Of a DNA stretch of 64,000 nt, positions 14,262-27,352 are shown piece after piece. Below the pieces are notes generated by a model. The model made no database searches. It was not told the DNA's origin and saw nothing but the letters and a program-made list of their open reading frames with translations. The DNA lies in contig OZ024741.1 in assembly GCA_964016885.1 (NCBI GenBank), positions 31,558,001 to 31,622,000 of the forward strand. Direction: 5' to 3'. This DNA is from Eledone cirrhosa (Eukaryota). The first letter of the stretch is position 1, and every line of letters starts with the position of its first letter. The position numbers and the translations under genes were made by a program.

Positions 14262-14482
14262 AATAGGTGATGCTGAAAAGTTCCTGGCTTTGAGTAAAAG
14301 AAAATACGGGAGGATCAATTAATTATGATTTCATTCAACATATTCCCCTCTCAGATTCACACACTTATTACGGCGGTCCCACAGTTTTCTAAGTCCTGTA
14401 AATGGTTCCCTGTAAAAGGCTCCCTGTAAAATGGGCCTCCAACCAATCTTCTATAGCATCTTAAAGCCAGGAAATTTTCAGA
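14262..14482. mobile_element. Mariner-type MITE
   Basis: TIR ctgaaaagttcctggcttt (14273-14291) mirrored by aaagccaggaaattttcag (14463-14481); the class assignment is inference. Confidence 0.7.
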
Positions 14483-14766
14483 AATTAATTACTAAATTCA
14501 ACCCATCGATGATAAGTTTCACACAGTAACACACGATAGTTATGTTGGTGCCATCACATAACCATAAACCGTGAGAACTGAGCTGGCCAAATAAGTAGAT
14601 CGATGAACTTAATATCTTGTGTTATCTTTTAGAAATTTACAACAGTCTAAAGAATTGCAGCAGCTGTAAAACTGATTTCTGTGACTGTAAAACTCTGAAT
14701 AATGATGGAATGAATTCGTTAATAGTATATATATATTATATTATATTATATTATATATTATATATG

Positions 14767-15530
<764 letters not shown>

Positions 15531-15535
15531 CACAC

Positions 15536-15636
<101 letters not shown>

Positions 15637-15682
15637 GCACACAAATAAACATACATATCCTTACTTTCTTTATTCAATAGAA

Positions 15683-15912
15683 AATCTGTGAACGCAGAAA
15701 TAAATATTTCAAAAAATATTTATTTCTGCGTTCACAGATTGACTTTTTTAGTTTCAGAAGATCCCGTTAAGGGTGAAAGCAGCAATTCTTTGCTTAAACT
15801 TTAATCTGTTATTTTAATAAATATTTGCCCTACGGCTCTTATATATCTGATATATATTTATCCTTATCGAGCCCTCTTTGGATTTTAGTCTTCAAATTTA
15901 TTATTATTACTA
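15683..15912 (+). mobile_element. Fold-back pLTR family B with CAGAAGA hammerhead motif at 15750-15800
   Basis: Palindrome 15683-15740, followed by the family B 3' end. Confidence 0.8.
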
Positions 15913-15934
15913 CATATATATATATATATATATA

Positions 15935-16444
<510 letters not shown>

Positions 16445-16650
16445 GTGAGGTTTTTAAAAAAAATGAAAAATAACCGAGGTGTCCTACACGAGTGAAAGTA
16501 TAAAGAAAAGAAGCTGAAATCGAAAATGCAACTGGGGTCTTATTTTAAATATATATATATATATTTATTTGATTCCTTTACCGGTTTCGCAGTTCTTCTG
16601 CTTTTCAAAAGTAGAGTTGAGATGGAGGGTCTTTGGTTTTTCTCACATCT

Positions 16651-16736
<86 letters not shown>

Positions 16737-16988
16737 TATATAACGAAGCAAAGGACTCCCGTATAATCTTGTAATTATGACCCACAGGGCCGAATTGGAT
16801 CCCACTTAAATGGCGAAACATTCTCCTGGTGAGTTTGTACATATGTGATCTAGGTATGAGGTTGGTTTCTCATTTTAATTCATACTTTTAATTTTAATAT
16901 TTTTCCTATGCCTCTATTAGCTTATATTCTCTTCACGCTGGTGGTTTGAAATTCCTGTAAAGAAACACACTCTTCTGTGTCTCCCCTC

Positions 16989-17096
<108 letters not shown>

Positions 17097-17826
17097 GAGA
17101 GAAAGAACGTCAGAAGTATGACAGGTAAATTTGACCACAGCAAGATTTGCATTCAGCACACAGATAACTAGAACGAAGAACGCAAAACATTCTTTTCGAA
17201 GTTATAGCAATTCAATCAATTCACCTCAGATTATTTCTTAGTTGAACACAAATAAAAGATATTTCAACCCACAAACTCATAACATTCATGTATTTCTGAA
17301 AGCCATTGATGTAGCAAGTGAAGTAAAGGACTGAATTACGTCATAGCATGATTACAACATGGGTGGTAATTATAACTCATTAAATTTTAGTATCTTTCTA
17401 TAGGTTGCTGGTAATCTTACTTTCACAATATTAACTTCATGCATATGAACAAGGCCAACATATTATATAGAGAAAGAAATAGAACTGTGTGTTGTCAGTG
17501 ATTTTCCCAAAGAGATTAGTAGCCTAAGAAACGTGATTCGATTCTAAACAGAGATCTCAAAGAGTCAATGGATTCAGCAGGCAAGGCGAATAATAAATTC
17601 AGCTATCTCAATAATGAATGATATGAGATTTGGAGAGAGATAAGTAGATATATAGTTAGTTTGAAATATATACGAGCATACGTACACATACATGCACTTA
17701 CACACAGACATATATATATGTATATACAGAAACACACACACAAACACACACACATACACACGCACCTACACACACACATATATATATATATATACACACA
17801 CACATACATACACATACACGCACATC

Positions 17827-17857
<31 letters not shown>

Positions 17858-17874
17858 ACGCACACACACACACA

Positions 17875-17944
<70 letters not shown>

Positions 17945-17999
17945 AGTTGTATTTAATTTGTTGGGATACAACAACCAAATATTTTTATAGCTGATATAA

Positions 18000-18494
18000 A
18001 GCACTCAACAAATTATTGGAGTAAATATACAATATATTAACAAATGGAAACTATATTTATAAAACCATATTTATTTCATTATACATATTTCAAGGACACC
18101 AAAGCAAATTATGGTGCGCTTTCATCAGATAAAATATAATATAGATCAGTGTTATAAACAAATATTGACATACCATTAAAGAATTCGACCATGTCGGTTG
18201 GGTTTGCTCTTTCTTTTCTTTTTTTTCCCCTATTCCAACAGCTTAATTTAAATGTATGGGATTTAAACCTCTCCGACACTAATTTGCATAATAGACCAAT
18301 AATAAAATTAGTAACCACACTATCTGGGAGCCGCCAACCGACATGGTCGCATTCTTTAAGGGTATGTCAATATTTGTTTATAAAACTGATCTATATTATA
18401 TTTAATCTGATGAAAGCGCACCATAATTTGCTTTGGTGTCCTTGAAATATGTATAATGAAATAAATATGGTTTTATAAATATAGTTTCCATTTG

Positions 18495-18500
<6 letters not shown>
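18000..18500. repeat. Inverted-repeat insert (arms ~18033-18200 / 18334-18500)
   Basis: Reverse-complement arms of ~165 bp. Confidence 0.9.
18399..18463 (+). ncRNA. Type I hammerhead ribozyme (mirror copy ~18070-18135 minus)
   Basis: UAUUU(A/U)AU-CUGAUGA-aagcGCACCA..UGGUGUccuu-GAAA-UAUGUA-UA-AUGAAAUA. Confidence 0.75.
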
Positions 18501-18543
<43 letters not shown>

Positions 18544-18547
<4 letters not shown>

Positions 18548-18740
18548 CGAAGGAAATGTGGTAAGGAACCAGGTGGACCATAACGCACCAAAGTACTCAA
18601 TACTTGAGGTAGTAGAGTGGGTAATAGGAACCAGTAAGACCCCGACAGCTGAGCTCAAGCCGTTTCGACGGCTAATTCAGTCCAGAATTAGCCGTCGAAA
18701 CGGCTTGAGCTCAGCTGTCGGGGTCTTACTGGTTCCTATA
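18544..18740. repeat. Perfect palindrome 18623-18740 plus tail, family H (copies 20064-20205, terminal 4253-4291)
   Basis: Arms ataggaaccagtaagacccc..gacggctaattc / gaattagccgtc..ggggtcttactggttcctat; carries hammerhead 3' half GAAA-CGGC..GCUG-UC. Confidence 0.9.
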
Positions 18741-19059
18741 TATATATATATATATATCCCCACTGAAAGTTTTCGTGAAATAGTCTTTTCAAGACCATAC
18801 AGAGCATTTGTAGTTGTTCCAAATTGAAGGATGAGTATTTTAAACTTTATTTTATCATGAGTTAAGGCTCTATTGATATTTCCCTGGATTCCACTAAATT
18901 CTGTTGAACAAATCTATATCCTGATTCTTTTTAAATTTAGTTTGAATTATTTTTCCCACATCTTACGTTAACTTTTTTCCCATTTTGACGCTATAGTCTC
19001 TTATATACTTTGGAATACTGTTGGCTTCTTGCTACAATACTTTCTATACCTTTCATTTG

Positions 19060-19093
<34 letters not shown>

Positions 19094-19554
19094 AACACAC
19101 ACATATACACACACACGCGCATACACATACACACACGTACACACATACACACACACATATAAAAATACACACACATACACACATACACACATACACACAT
19201 ACACACATACACACATACATACACACATACACACACATACATACACATACATGCACACACACAGACATATACACACATATACACACATATACACACATAC
19301 ATACACATACACACACACATACTCATACACTCTCACACACACACGCATACTCACACACATACACACACACAAACACACGCGCGCACACACACACACACAC
19401 ATATAGTTATATATTTATATATTTATATATATATATAGGGTAAGTTATTCCGGGTTGAATCGGACGTAACCACAGTAAGTAAGGTACTCAATACATAGCA
19501 GAGTATAAAAGTGTTAATATAGATGAGATTCTACAGTTTCATCCTTTAGAAATC

Positions 19555-19601
19555 ATTCCTGATGATTTCTAAAGAATGAAACAGTTCTAGTCCTATAGAA
19601 T
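19555..19601 (+). ncRNA. Type I hammerhead, family C, in fold-back 19440-19616
   Basis: AUUC-CUGAUGA-uUUCuaaaGAAu-GAAA-CAG..CUA-UA-GAAU. Confidence 0.65.
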
Positions 19602-19859
19602 CTCATCTATATTAAAACTAATATATATATATATATATGTATATATATAATGTATAATAAACAATACAATACAATTACCTCATTACCAGAGGCTTCCCGA
19701 ATAAGACGAATACACATACCCTTACTATATTTCCTTATTTTATTTTATTTTTATATATCTCTTGCATTACTTTTATTTATATATATATATATTTTTTTTT
19801 GCCCGTTAAACTTTTGCTTTTCTTGAGGAGATTTTTCAAATATTTCACTATGTTTTAAA

Positions 19860-19933
19860 TTGCCTTGTCTGACGAACGAATGAGGACGTTTCTTGTATTC
19901 GTCTTATTCGGGAAACCTCTGGTAATGAGGTAA
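19860..19933 (+). ncRNA. Type I hammerhead ribozyme in inverted-repeat insert 19647-20038
   Basis: UUGCCUUGU-CUGACGA-aCGAAUGAGGACG..CGUCUUAUUCGg-GAAA-CCucuGG-UA-AUGAGGUAA; 9-bp stem I. Confidence 0.82.
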
Positions 19934-20034
19934 TTATATTTTATTGTTTATTATACATTAAATTCAGCTCTGTAACTTACATAGAGCACTCTTCACTCCT
20001 ATGACTTTTTCAATTTTCAACGGAAACTTCAATA

Positions 20035-20068
<34 letters not shown>

Positions 20069-20925
20069 AACAAGTAAGACCCCGACGGCTTGAGCTCTGC
20101 CGTCGGGGTCTTACTTGTTCCTATTACCCACTCTATTACCCTAAGTATTGAGTACTTTGGTTTCGTTATGGTCTATCTGGTTCCTTACCAGATTTCCTTC
20201 GTTATATATATATATGTATATATATTTTACGCTCTCTACGCCTGTTTCTACGCTTCCTCTTACATCTCTCTCCCATTACCACCTGATTCTGTTACCCGGA
20301 GATTTACCCATCTGCATTGTTGAATACAATAACCTAAACACAGTCACCCAAATGCGAACACACACCAAACACTGTACACACACGCAAACGCTTGCGCAGA
20401 GAAGACAAAAATAAATATATAAATAAACAGATAAAATAAAAATGGCGTAGATGGGTAAATCAACTGGAGGAACATAATAGTACCTCTGATGATGTTGCAC
20501 ATGTGCAACGAAAGAACTTTGTTAGACTATATATATGTGTTTATATCTATATTATATCTGTATTTTTGACCGTTGGTCAGTCAATGATAAACATTGTGGA
20601 CCAAATGAATTAACTGTGGAAATATAAAAGATACAGAAGCGAAAACCAACCAGACAGTAAGTCTGTTCTGTTATTATTTCTGGCAATATTATTACAACAA
20701 TATGACCCTCCCCAAGTAGAACAATATTTGTTTCGACACTCGATTTCATATAAAAAAACTTGGCAAAACAAATATGTATATTAAAAAACAAATCATACAC
20801 AAAACGCCAGCACCAACAGTTTTGCAAGAGATGTGAACATGAATGGACCTGTTATTTTTATCTAAAGACATTTTTTCCAATTCCATCCCACCCATCCCCT
20901 CAATCTATTTTATTTCTCATTCTTT

Positions 20926-20959
20926 CTTCTGATGAAGGACTAGCGTCCGAAACGTTAAG
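20926..20959 (+). ncRNA. Minimal PLE-type hammerhead
   Basis: CUU-CUGAUGA-aGGACuagcGUCC-GAAA-CG-UU-AAG. Confidence 0.75.
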
Positions 20960-21083
20960 CCCCTTTTCCTGCTATATCAAGCGTTAACCTAATATATACC
21001 CTCCATATACTGTACCTATTGTGTTGTTATTTCTGTTTGCCTTTTACACACACACACACACATATATGTATATATATGTGTGT

Positions 21084-21873
21084 CAGTGTCCAAGTCTCAG
21101 ACCCGTAGAGCAGCACAGACTCCACTACATCAATAAAAAGGCGGATTTTCAGGTCTTTACGAAGGTCCGACTTCCACACCGTTCTCAAGCTGTGGCACAC
21201 CGTCCAGGCGTTGCTCTTCATCTCAACCACATCATCTTCCGTATTCACAATCTTTGCTCCCAAATACAGGAAGTCCTCAACCAATTCTAGCGGCTTCCCG
21301 CCTACATTAGTGATCCCCTCTGGCTTCTCAACATTCTCTACCAAATATTTTGTTTTAGTCTCATTAATTCTCAGCCCTACATTCATCGACACAGTCTCAA
21401 CCTGGTGCATCAAATCCTAGCCTCCTTCACTGTATTTAACACCAAAACTATGTCGTTGGCAAATTCAGCATCTGATATCTTTTGCGCCTTAACTCTCCTG
21501 TTCTGAGCTGGTGCTACAGTAAAGCCAGAGTCCTGGTGTTTCTCCAGTGCAAGACGCATACAATAGTCCACTACGATGATAAAAAGGTAGGAAGCCAATG
21601 TATCTCCCTGGAGCACTCCAGCCAGTATCTCAAAGAACTCTGTCATCCCATCAGGTGTAATGACTTGGGCTTTGGTGTTGGTGTAGAGCAGTGAAATCAG
21701 GTCCATTATCTTCTTGGGGATTCCATAAGCTTGTAAGATCTTCATCAGGCAGAGCTGTATGGGAGCTCCCAAAAGCCAGCTCAAAACTGACAGAGGAAAT
21801 GGCAGCGATAATGAGGGACAGAAACCGCTGGAGAGAACGCGTCCATGGATCTCGGGAATTTTACCCGCCCTAG
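21084..21873. mobile_element. RTE-type LINE fragment with inversion (RT part on minus 21084-21760, 3' end on plus 21785-21873)
   Basis: GVLQGDTLA, LELVEDFLYLG, LLYGSETWTL on minus; plus end matches 4017-4091. Confidence 0.82.
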
Positions 21874-21904
21874 ATATATATATATATATGTATGTATATA
21901 TATA

Positions 21905-21954
<50 letters not shown>

Positions 21955-21959
<5 letters not shown>

Positions 21960-22685
21960 ATAATAATAAAATTGAAGACTAAAATCCAGAGAGGGCTCGA
22001 TAAGGAAAATATATATCAAATATATAAGAACCGAAGAGCAAATATTTATTAAAATAACAGATTAAAGTTTAAGCAAAGAATCGCTGCTTTCACCCTTAAC
22101 GGGATCTTCTGAAACTAACAAAGTCAATCTGTAAACGCAGAACTGGATATTTCAAAAAACGTTGCAACCGTAGGAAGACAGGAAGACGATACTTTGGTTC
22201 ATGGTGACGTTTTAGGTATGTTTTCCTGCTAGGTACGGGTATGTTCTTTGTAGAAATATTCAGATGTTGTTTCTGCATGATGAATATAAGTCAGTAGAGT
22301 GCTCAACCGAAGGAGCCAAATAGTAATAATAATAATAAAATAGTAATAAAAATAAAATTGAAGACTTATCGAGCCCTCTCTGGATTTTAGTCTTCAATTT
22401 TATTATTATTACTATTTGGCTCCTTCGGTTGAGCACTCTACTGACTTATATTCATCATGCAGAAACAACATCTGAATATTTCTACAAAGAACATACCCGT
22501 ACCTAGCAGGAAAACATACCTAAAACGTCACCATGAACCAAAGTATCGTCTTCCTGTCTTCCTCCCGTTGCAACGGTTTTTGAAATATCCAGTTCTGCGT
22601 TTACAGATTGACTTTGTTAGTTTCAGAAGATCCCGTTAAGGGTGAAAGCAGCGATTCTTTGCTTAAACTTTAATCTGTTATTTTA

Positions 22686-22692
<7 letters not shown>
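21955..22692. mobile_element. Inverted and tandem family B unit (~365-nt monomer) with CAGAAGA hammerhead motifs (22066-22116 minus, 22619-22669 plus)
   Basis: 22045-22335 is the reverse complement of ~22403-22692; tagtaataataat..aattgaagac recurs at 21955 and 22321. Confidence 0.88.
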
Positions 22693-22733
<41 letters not shown>

Positions 22734-23568
22734 CTTATATACAAATATATATATATAACTAACTTATATACATATATATATATATATCTAACTAACTTAA
22801 AACACTCAATATAAACACCAACTAAAGTTTATTTCAACATATGTCATGGAAAAGTCTGCAAAAACTGTATGTTTCTCAACACACATTAATTCGAACACCA
22901 TCAACATCCAACATCCACCATAGACTCTAATACATTAACATATTTGCTTTAACTGCAGTATTTATTCATCTATAAATGCATAATAGCTTTGCTTGTCTCC
23001 TCCTCATGTATATGACTTACGCAGTCACACTATCCACACGCCTGCAAATGAATTGTTATCGCACTCTTCCTTTCTCAAAACTGCTTCCTCAATGCCTCTT
23101 TAATATTTGGACTGTTCCCTTGTTTTAACTGTTGCATGTATTCCACTCCGTGCTTTTGATTTTAATTTAATTTTAATTTTAATTTTAATTTGAACTTGAA
23201 TGTTTGTACAATTATTGTACAATTCTCATAAAATATATGTCACATCCATTTTACCCTGTCAATACGAACTGTTGCTCACAACATCAATTTATATGTATCT
23301 ATATTATTGTTCAGTTGAATATGAGGTTAATTATATGTGCAAACATATGCTCGATGACTCAAACGAGAATTTGGAAGAAACGATTGTCAGCTATTAAATG
23401 ATTTGAACACAACTTTGATAATTGTATAATTTATTGAATTAACTGCTCTGTAAAACAACTGATGTTCATACATTGAGCTATTTCTCTTACTGGTAATACG
23501 GTTATTAAGAAATTACTGACTTTCCTGTTTATGGTTGTTTATACTATATACATAACTATAAATAGTAT

Positions 23569-23631
<63 letters not shown>

Positions 23632-23633
23632 AT

Positions 23634-23705
<72 letters not shown>

Positions 23706-23709
<4 letters not shown>

Positions 23710-26410
23710 CAAATATATACGGGAACAAAACAGAGAGGCGGACAAATAAAGGTTTATTAGGTTCACGCTTTTGAGAGTGGTGGGGGGGGGGGCGTTTCGA
23801 GCATAACCCCTTCTTCGGGAGTAAATAGGTTAGGAAGAGAGTTCAGAGGGTGTGTGGAAATACATTTAGAAAAAAGGGGGGAGGAGAATAAATAAAAATA
23901 AAAATAAACGTAAAAATAAACATGAGAATAAACAATAAGATGGACAAGTGGTGGAAGGGTGTGATGCGTGTAAGGATGGTGGCGGGTGGAGTTGGGAGAG
24001 GGAGGCGGGGTTCGAAGTGAGGAAGGCTGCAGGTGGTGTTTGTGTATGTGCGTAGGTGTACATGAGTGTGTGTGCGTGTGTATGTGAGAGTTTGAGGAAG
24101 TACGAGGTTCCATATTCAAGAAAATGTGTGTGCGTGGGGTGGGGTGTAAGTCGGTGTGTGCATGCGTGTGGAAGGAGAGGGGTGAGGGAGTGGGTGAGGT
24201 GGCGTGTGGATTCCGGAGATTGTGTATATGTGGGGGTACGCACGTGTGTGTTTGTGTTTATAGGTGGTGAGGATGTGGGTGGCGTGGTACGAAAAAAAAT
24301 GTGTGAGTGTATGTTTGTGGGTAAGGTCCTGAGGTAGTTCCGTCGGATGTGTGGAGAGTGCTGGATATTTTTTAAGATATGGAGTGGATGGTTGGAGAGA
24401 TGACCGAAGGTGTAGAATCCAATGTTGGTGGTGGTCGGAAGTGGAGGGAAGAGGGGTGCGCGCGCAACAGGAAGTGGTCAGAGGGTCAAGACAGGGTGTA
24501 GAGATAGCAGTTGAGCGGGATGAAGAGGGTGGAGCGGGGAGAGGGAGAGAGAGAGAGGGAGAGAGAGGGAGAGAGAGATGGAGAGAAGGGGTGTTGGGGA
24601 CGGAGGTGGGAGTATAGTGTACTGGTGTGTGTGTGCGTGTTTGGATGAGTGTGTGTGTGTGGTAAAGAGGGTGTTAGTGGGTGTTAGTATTACATGTGGT
24701 GATGAAAGGGTAGAAAGCGGGTGTGTAAGCGGGGCTTAGTGGTGGTTGGGTGTGTAGAGTGGGTGGTGTACATAGGTGTGTGTGATGGTGTGTGTTCATG
24801 TGCGTGGGGTCGAGGGGAGGTTAGTGATGTTAGTTGTGGCGTGGTCAGAGTGGATGTGTGGGTGACGATTAGTGGTGGTAGTAGGGTGTGTGGATAGTGT
24901 GAGTGCGTGTATATATGTTCAGGTGGGTGTGTGTGTGTTAGGGGGAGGGGTGGGGATGTTAGTATAGTTAGTTGGGGGAGGGCCGAGAGGTGGGGGTGTT
25001 AGTATGTTAGTTGTGGGATGGGCCAGGGGGAGGGGTGAAAGAGGAAGTGCGTTAGAGGTGTTAGTGGGGAAAGGGTGAATGGAAGGGAGGGCGGCGAAGG
25101 CTAAAGGTGGGGAGGTGGGGAGGTCAGGCCGGGGGGGGTATGTGGGTCTGGATGGTGAAGATGGTGCGTTGTTAGACCGTGAGGCGGGTAGCGGGTGTTC
25201 CATCGCATTGGAGAAGGCCGCAGACTGTGAGGTGGTGGGCGGAATGTCCAGGGAGCGAAAGTGGCGGGCGATCGGGGAACTCCCGCCGAGGCAAATATCA
25301 CGGAGGTGTTCCGTGAAACGGTCCGCCATGACGTCCAGTCTGTCCAACGTAGGTTGCGCTGCACTCCAAGCAGCGGAGTCCATAGACTAGGTTGGAGGAG
25401 GTGCAGCGGAAGGCGGGCCGGACAGAGAGAGAGTGGCCGTTGGGACCCTGAAAGGTGGGGGTGTTGGTGATGTGGGGGCAGGTGTGACAACGGGGCCTGG
25501 AGCAGGGAAGTGAACCGGGGGGGAGCGTGGATTGGGGGGTAGGGAGCTGTGGACGAGGAGGGTGCGGAGATTGCCTGCGCGTTTGAAGGAGGGGAGGGGT
25601 GGGGAGGGGAAGATGGGGGAAATGGAGGGGTCGGACTGGAGGCGTCGGAAGAGGCGGAGGATGGTGCGGTGAAGGGGTAGGGAGGAGGGGTGGTAGGTGA
25701 TGGGGAAGGGGAGACGGTGGGTGGGTGTGCGGTGGCGTGCGGTGAGGGCGGTGGAGCTGTGGACAGCACGGGCGCGAGTGAGGGCGGTGTGGACGAGGGA
25801 GGGGAGTAACCTCGCCGGATGAAATGGCTGACTTAGGAAAGGGCTTGGGACTCAAAGTCAGCATCTCAGCTGCAGAGGCGGCGGATCCGGAAGAGTTGGG
25901 AGTAGGGAATAGAGTGTTTAGTGTGTGTAGGATGGGAGGAGGTGAAGTCGAGGCAGGAGTGGGAGTCGGTGGGTTTGAAGAAGGCGGAGGGGACGAGGGA
26001 GCGGTGGGTGGGGACGATGGCGATGGAGATGTCTAAGAAGTGGACGTGGGTGGTGGAGATAGAGATGGTGAAGTGGAGGGAGGGGTGGAAGGAGCAGAAG
26101 AAGGAGAGAAAGGAGTCGAGCTGTTCTCGGGTGAGGGTCGTGGCTTCGTAACAGTCGTAGATGTAACGACCCTATATTTTGGGCGTGGGGCCGGTGTACT
26201 GGGCAAAGATTTGGGCGTCAGCATGACCAAAGAAAAGGCTGGCATAGTTTGGGCCCATTCTTGTGCCCATGGCTATCCCCGTGACCTGTTGGTAAAACTC
26301 ACCCGAGAAGGAGAAGGAGTTGAAGGTGATGACCAGCTCGGCGAGGTGAAGGATCGTGGGGTGGAGGGGATGGGGTAGGGGCGAAGGTCGAGGTAGTGCC
26401 GGAGGGCACG
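23706..26410 (-). mobile_element. GC-rich Penelope-like element, 5' truncated and decayed (RT + GIY-YIG)
   Basis: Minus frames give GIAMGTRMGPNYASLF, CTSSNLVYGLRCLECSATYVGQTGR, RFTEHLRDI; decayed hammerhead CCGAAGA..GAAAcg ~23793-23821. Confidence 0.85.
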
Positions 26411-26430
26411 ATACATGTATATATATATAT

Positions 26431-26779
26431 TCATTTTTGAATTTGTTTTGCTAGATTTCTTATCTGAAAACGTATGTTGAAACAGATATCGTTATACTTT
26501 GGAAGGTCATGTTGCCAATAAAGACACACGCAACTGTTGGTTTTCATGTAATGCATACACAACACACAAAAACAAGACGGTTTAGGACAGAACAAAGGAG
26601 AGACACAAAATAAACAACTAGTCACTGAGGAGGTCACATGTGAGACGAAAGAGGTTTGACAATTTATAAACAACTTTCCGATTATCGAACCATCAAACCA
26701 ACCGGAACTTCATAATAAATTGAAGTGAAAACTGACAGGTGCGAGTGTTTTTATTGGCACATGACCCTCCCAAAGTAAT

Positions 26780-26786
<7 letters not shown>
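26431..26786. repeat. Rearranged family Q pLTR with hammerhead ~26621-26659 (+)
   Basis: GUCA-CUGAGGA-gGUCacaugugaGAC-GAAA-gagg-UU-UGAC; short inverted arms. Confidence 0.7.
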
Positions 26787-26826
<40 letters not shown>

Positions 26827-27352
26827 CGTTTGAATATGTATAATAAAGCCAAAACAATGCAGGTATGGACATAGAAAAAAGAATGCAATTGCAAAAGATA
26901 TTGTTGACAATTTGTCCTTTACCTTAGATTTATTTAAACGTCCTTAATTTTCGAGATAATATCTCTTCTTCAGAGGGAAATAAAGGTCTCAAACCAGCGT
27001 TCTAAATTTCTTGCCAAGCCATGCTGACAGGAAATAGTATAGAGTATCTGTTCTATCTCTAATGTCAAAGAGTTAAAATTAGGTGGATAAAGAGTAGTCT
27101 CCCTTTAAAAGGAGTTTGTTTAGGTTTTTTGTTTATATACATGCCTGTTTAAGTGTCTGGGAGAATGCATGAAGGTGTAAGTATGTGAGTGTGTGTGTGA
27201 GTGTGAGAAGATAAGTCTATTCGTAAATGTGGGGGATAGGTGTTATCTGGTGTTAGAACTGGCTTTGTGTGTGTATGTGTGAGAGAGAATAAGTGGAGGT
27301 GTAAGCGTGTGTGTGTGGGGGGGGGGGTGTAAATATGGGGCTAGAAGCCCTA

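Noticed and set aside
22096-22639. Twin 60-aa ORFs on opposite strands
   Set aside because: A consequence of the inverted repeat; no evidence of coding
23010-23160. Faint integrase zinc-finger-like peptide on minus (HGVEY..LRKQF..C..C)
   Set aside because: Short, contains stops and has no other LTR-element domain nearby
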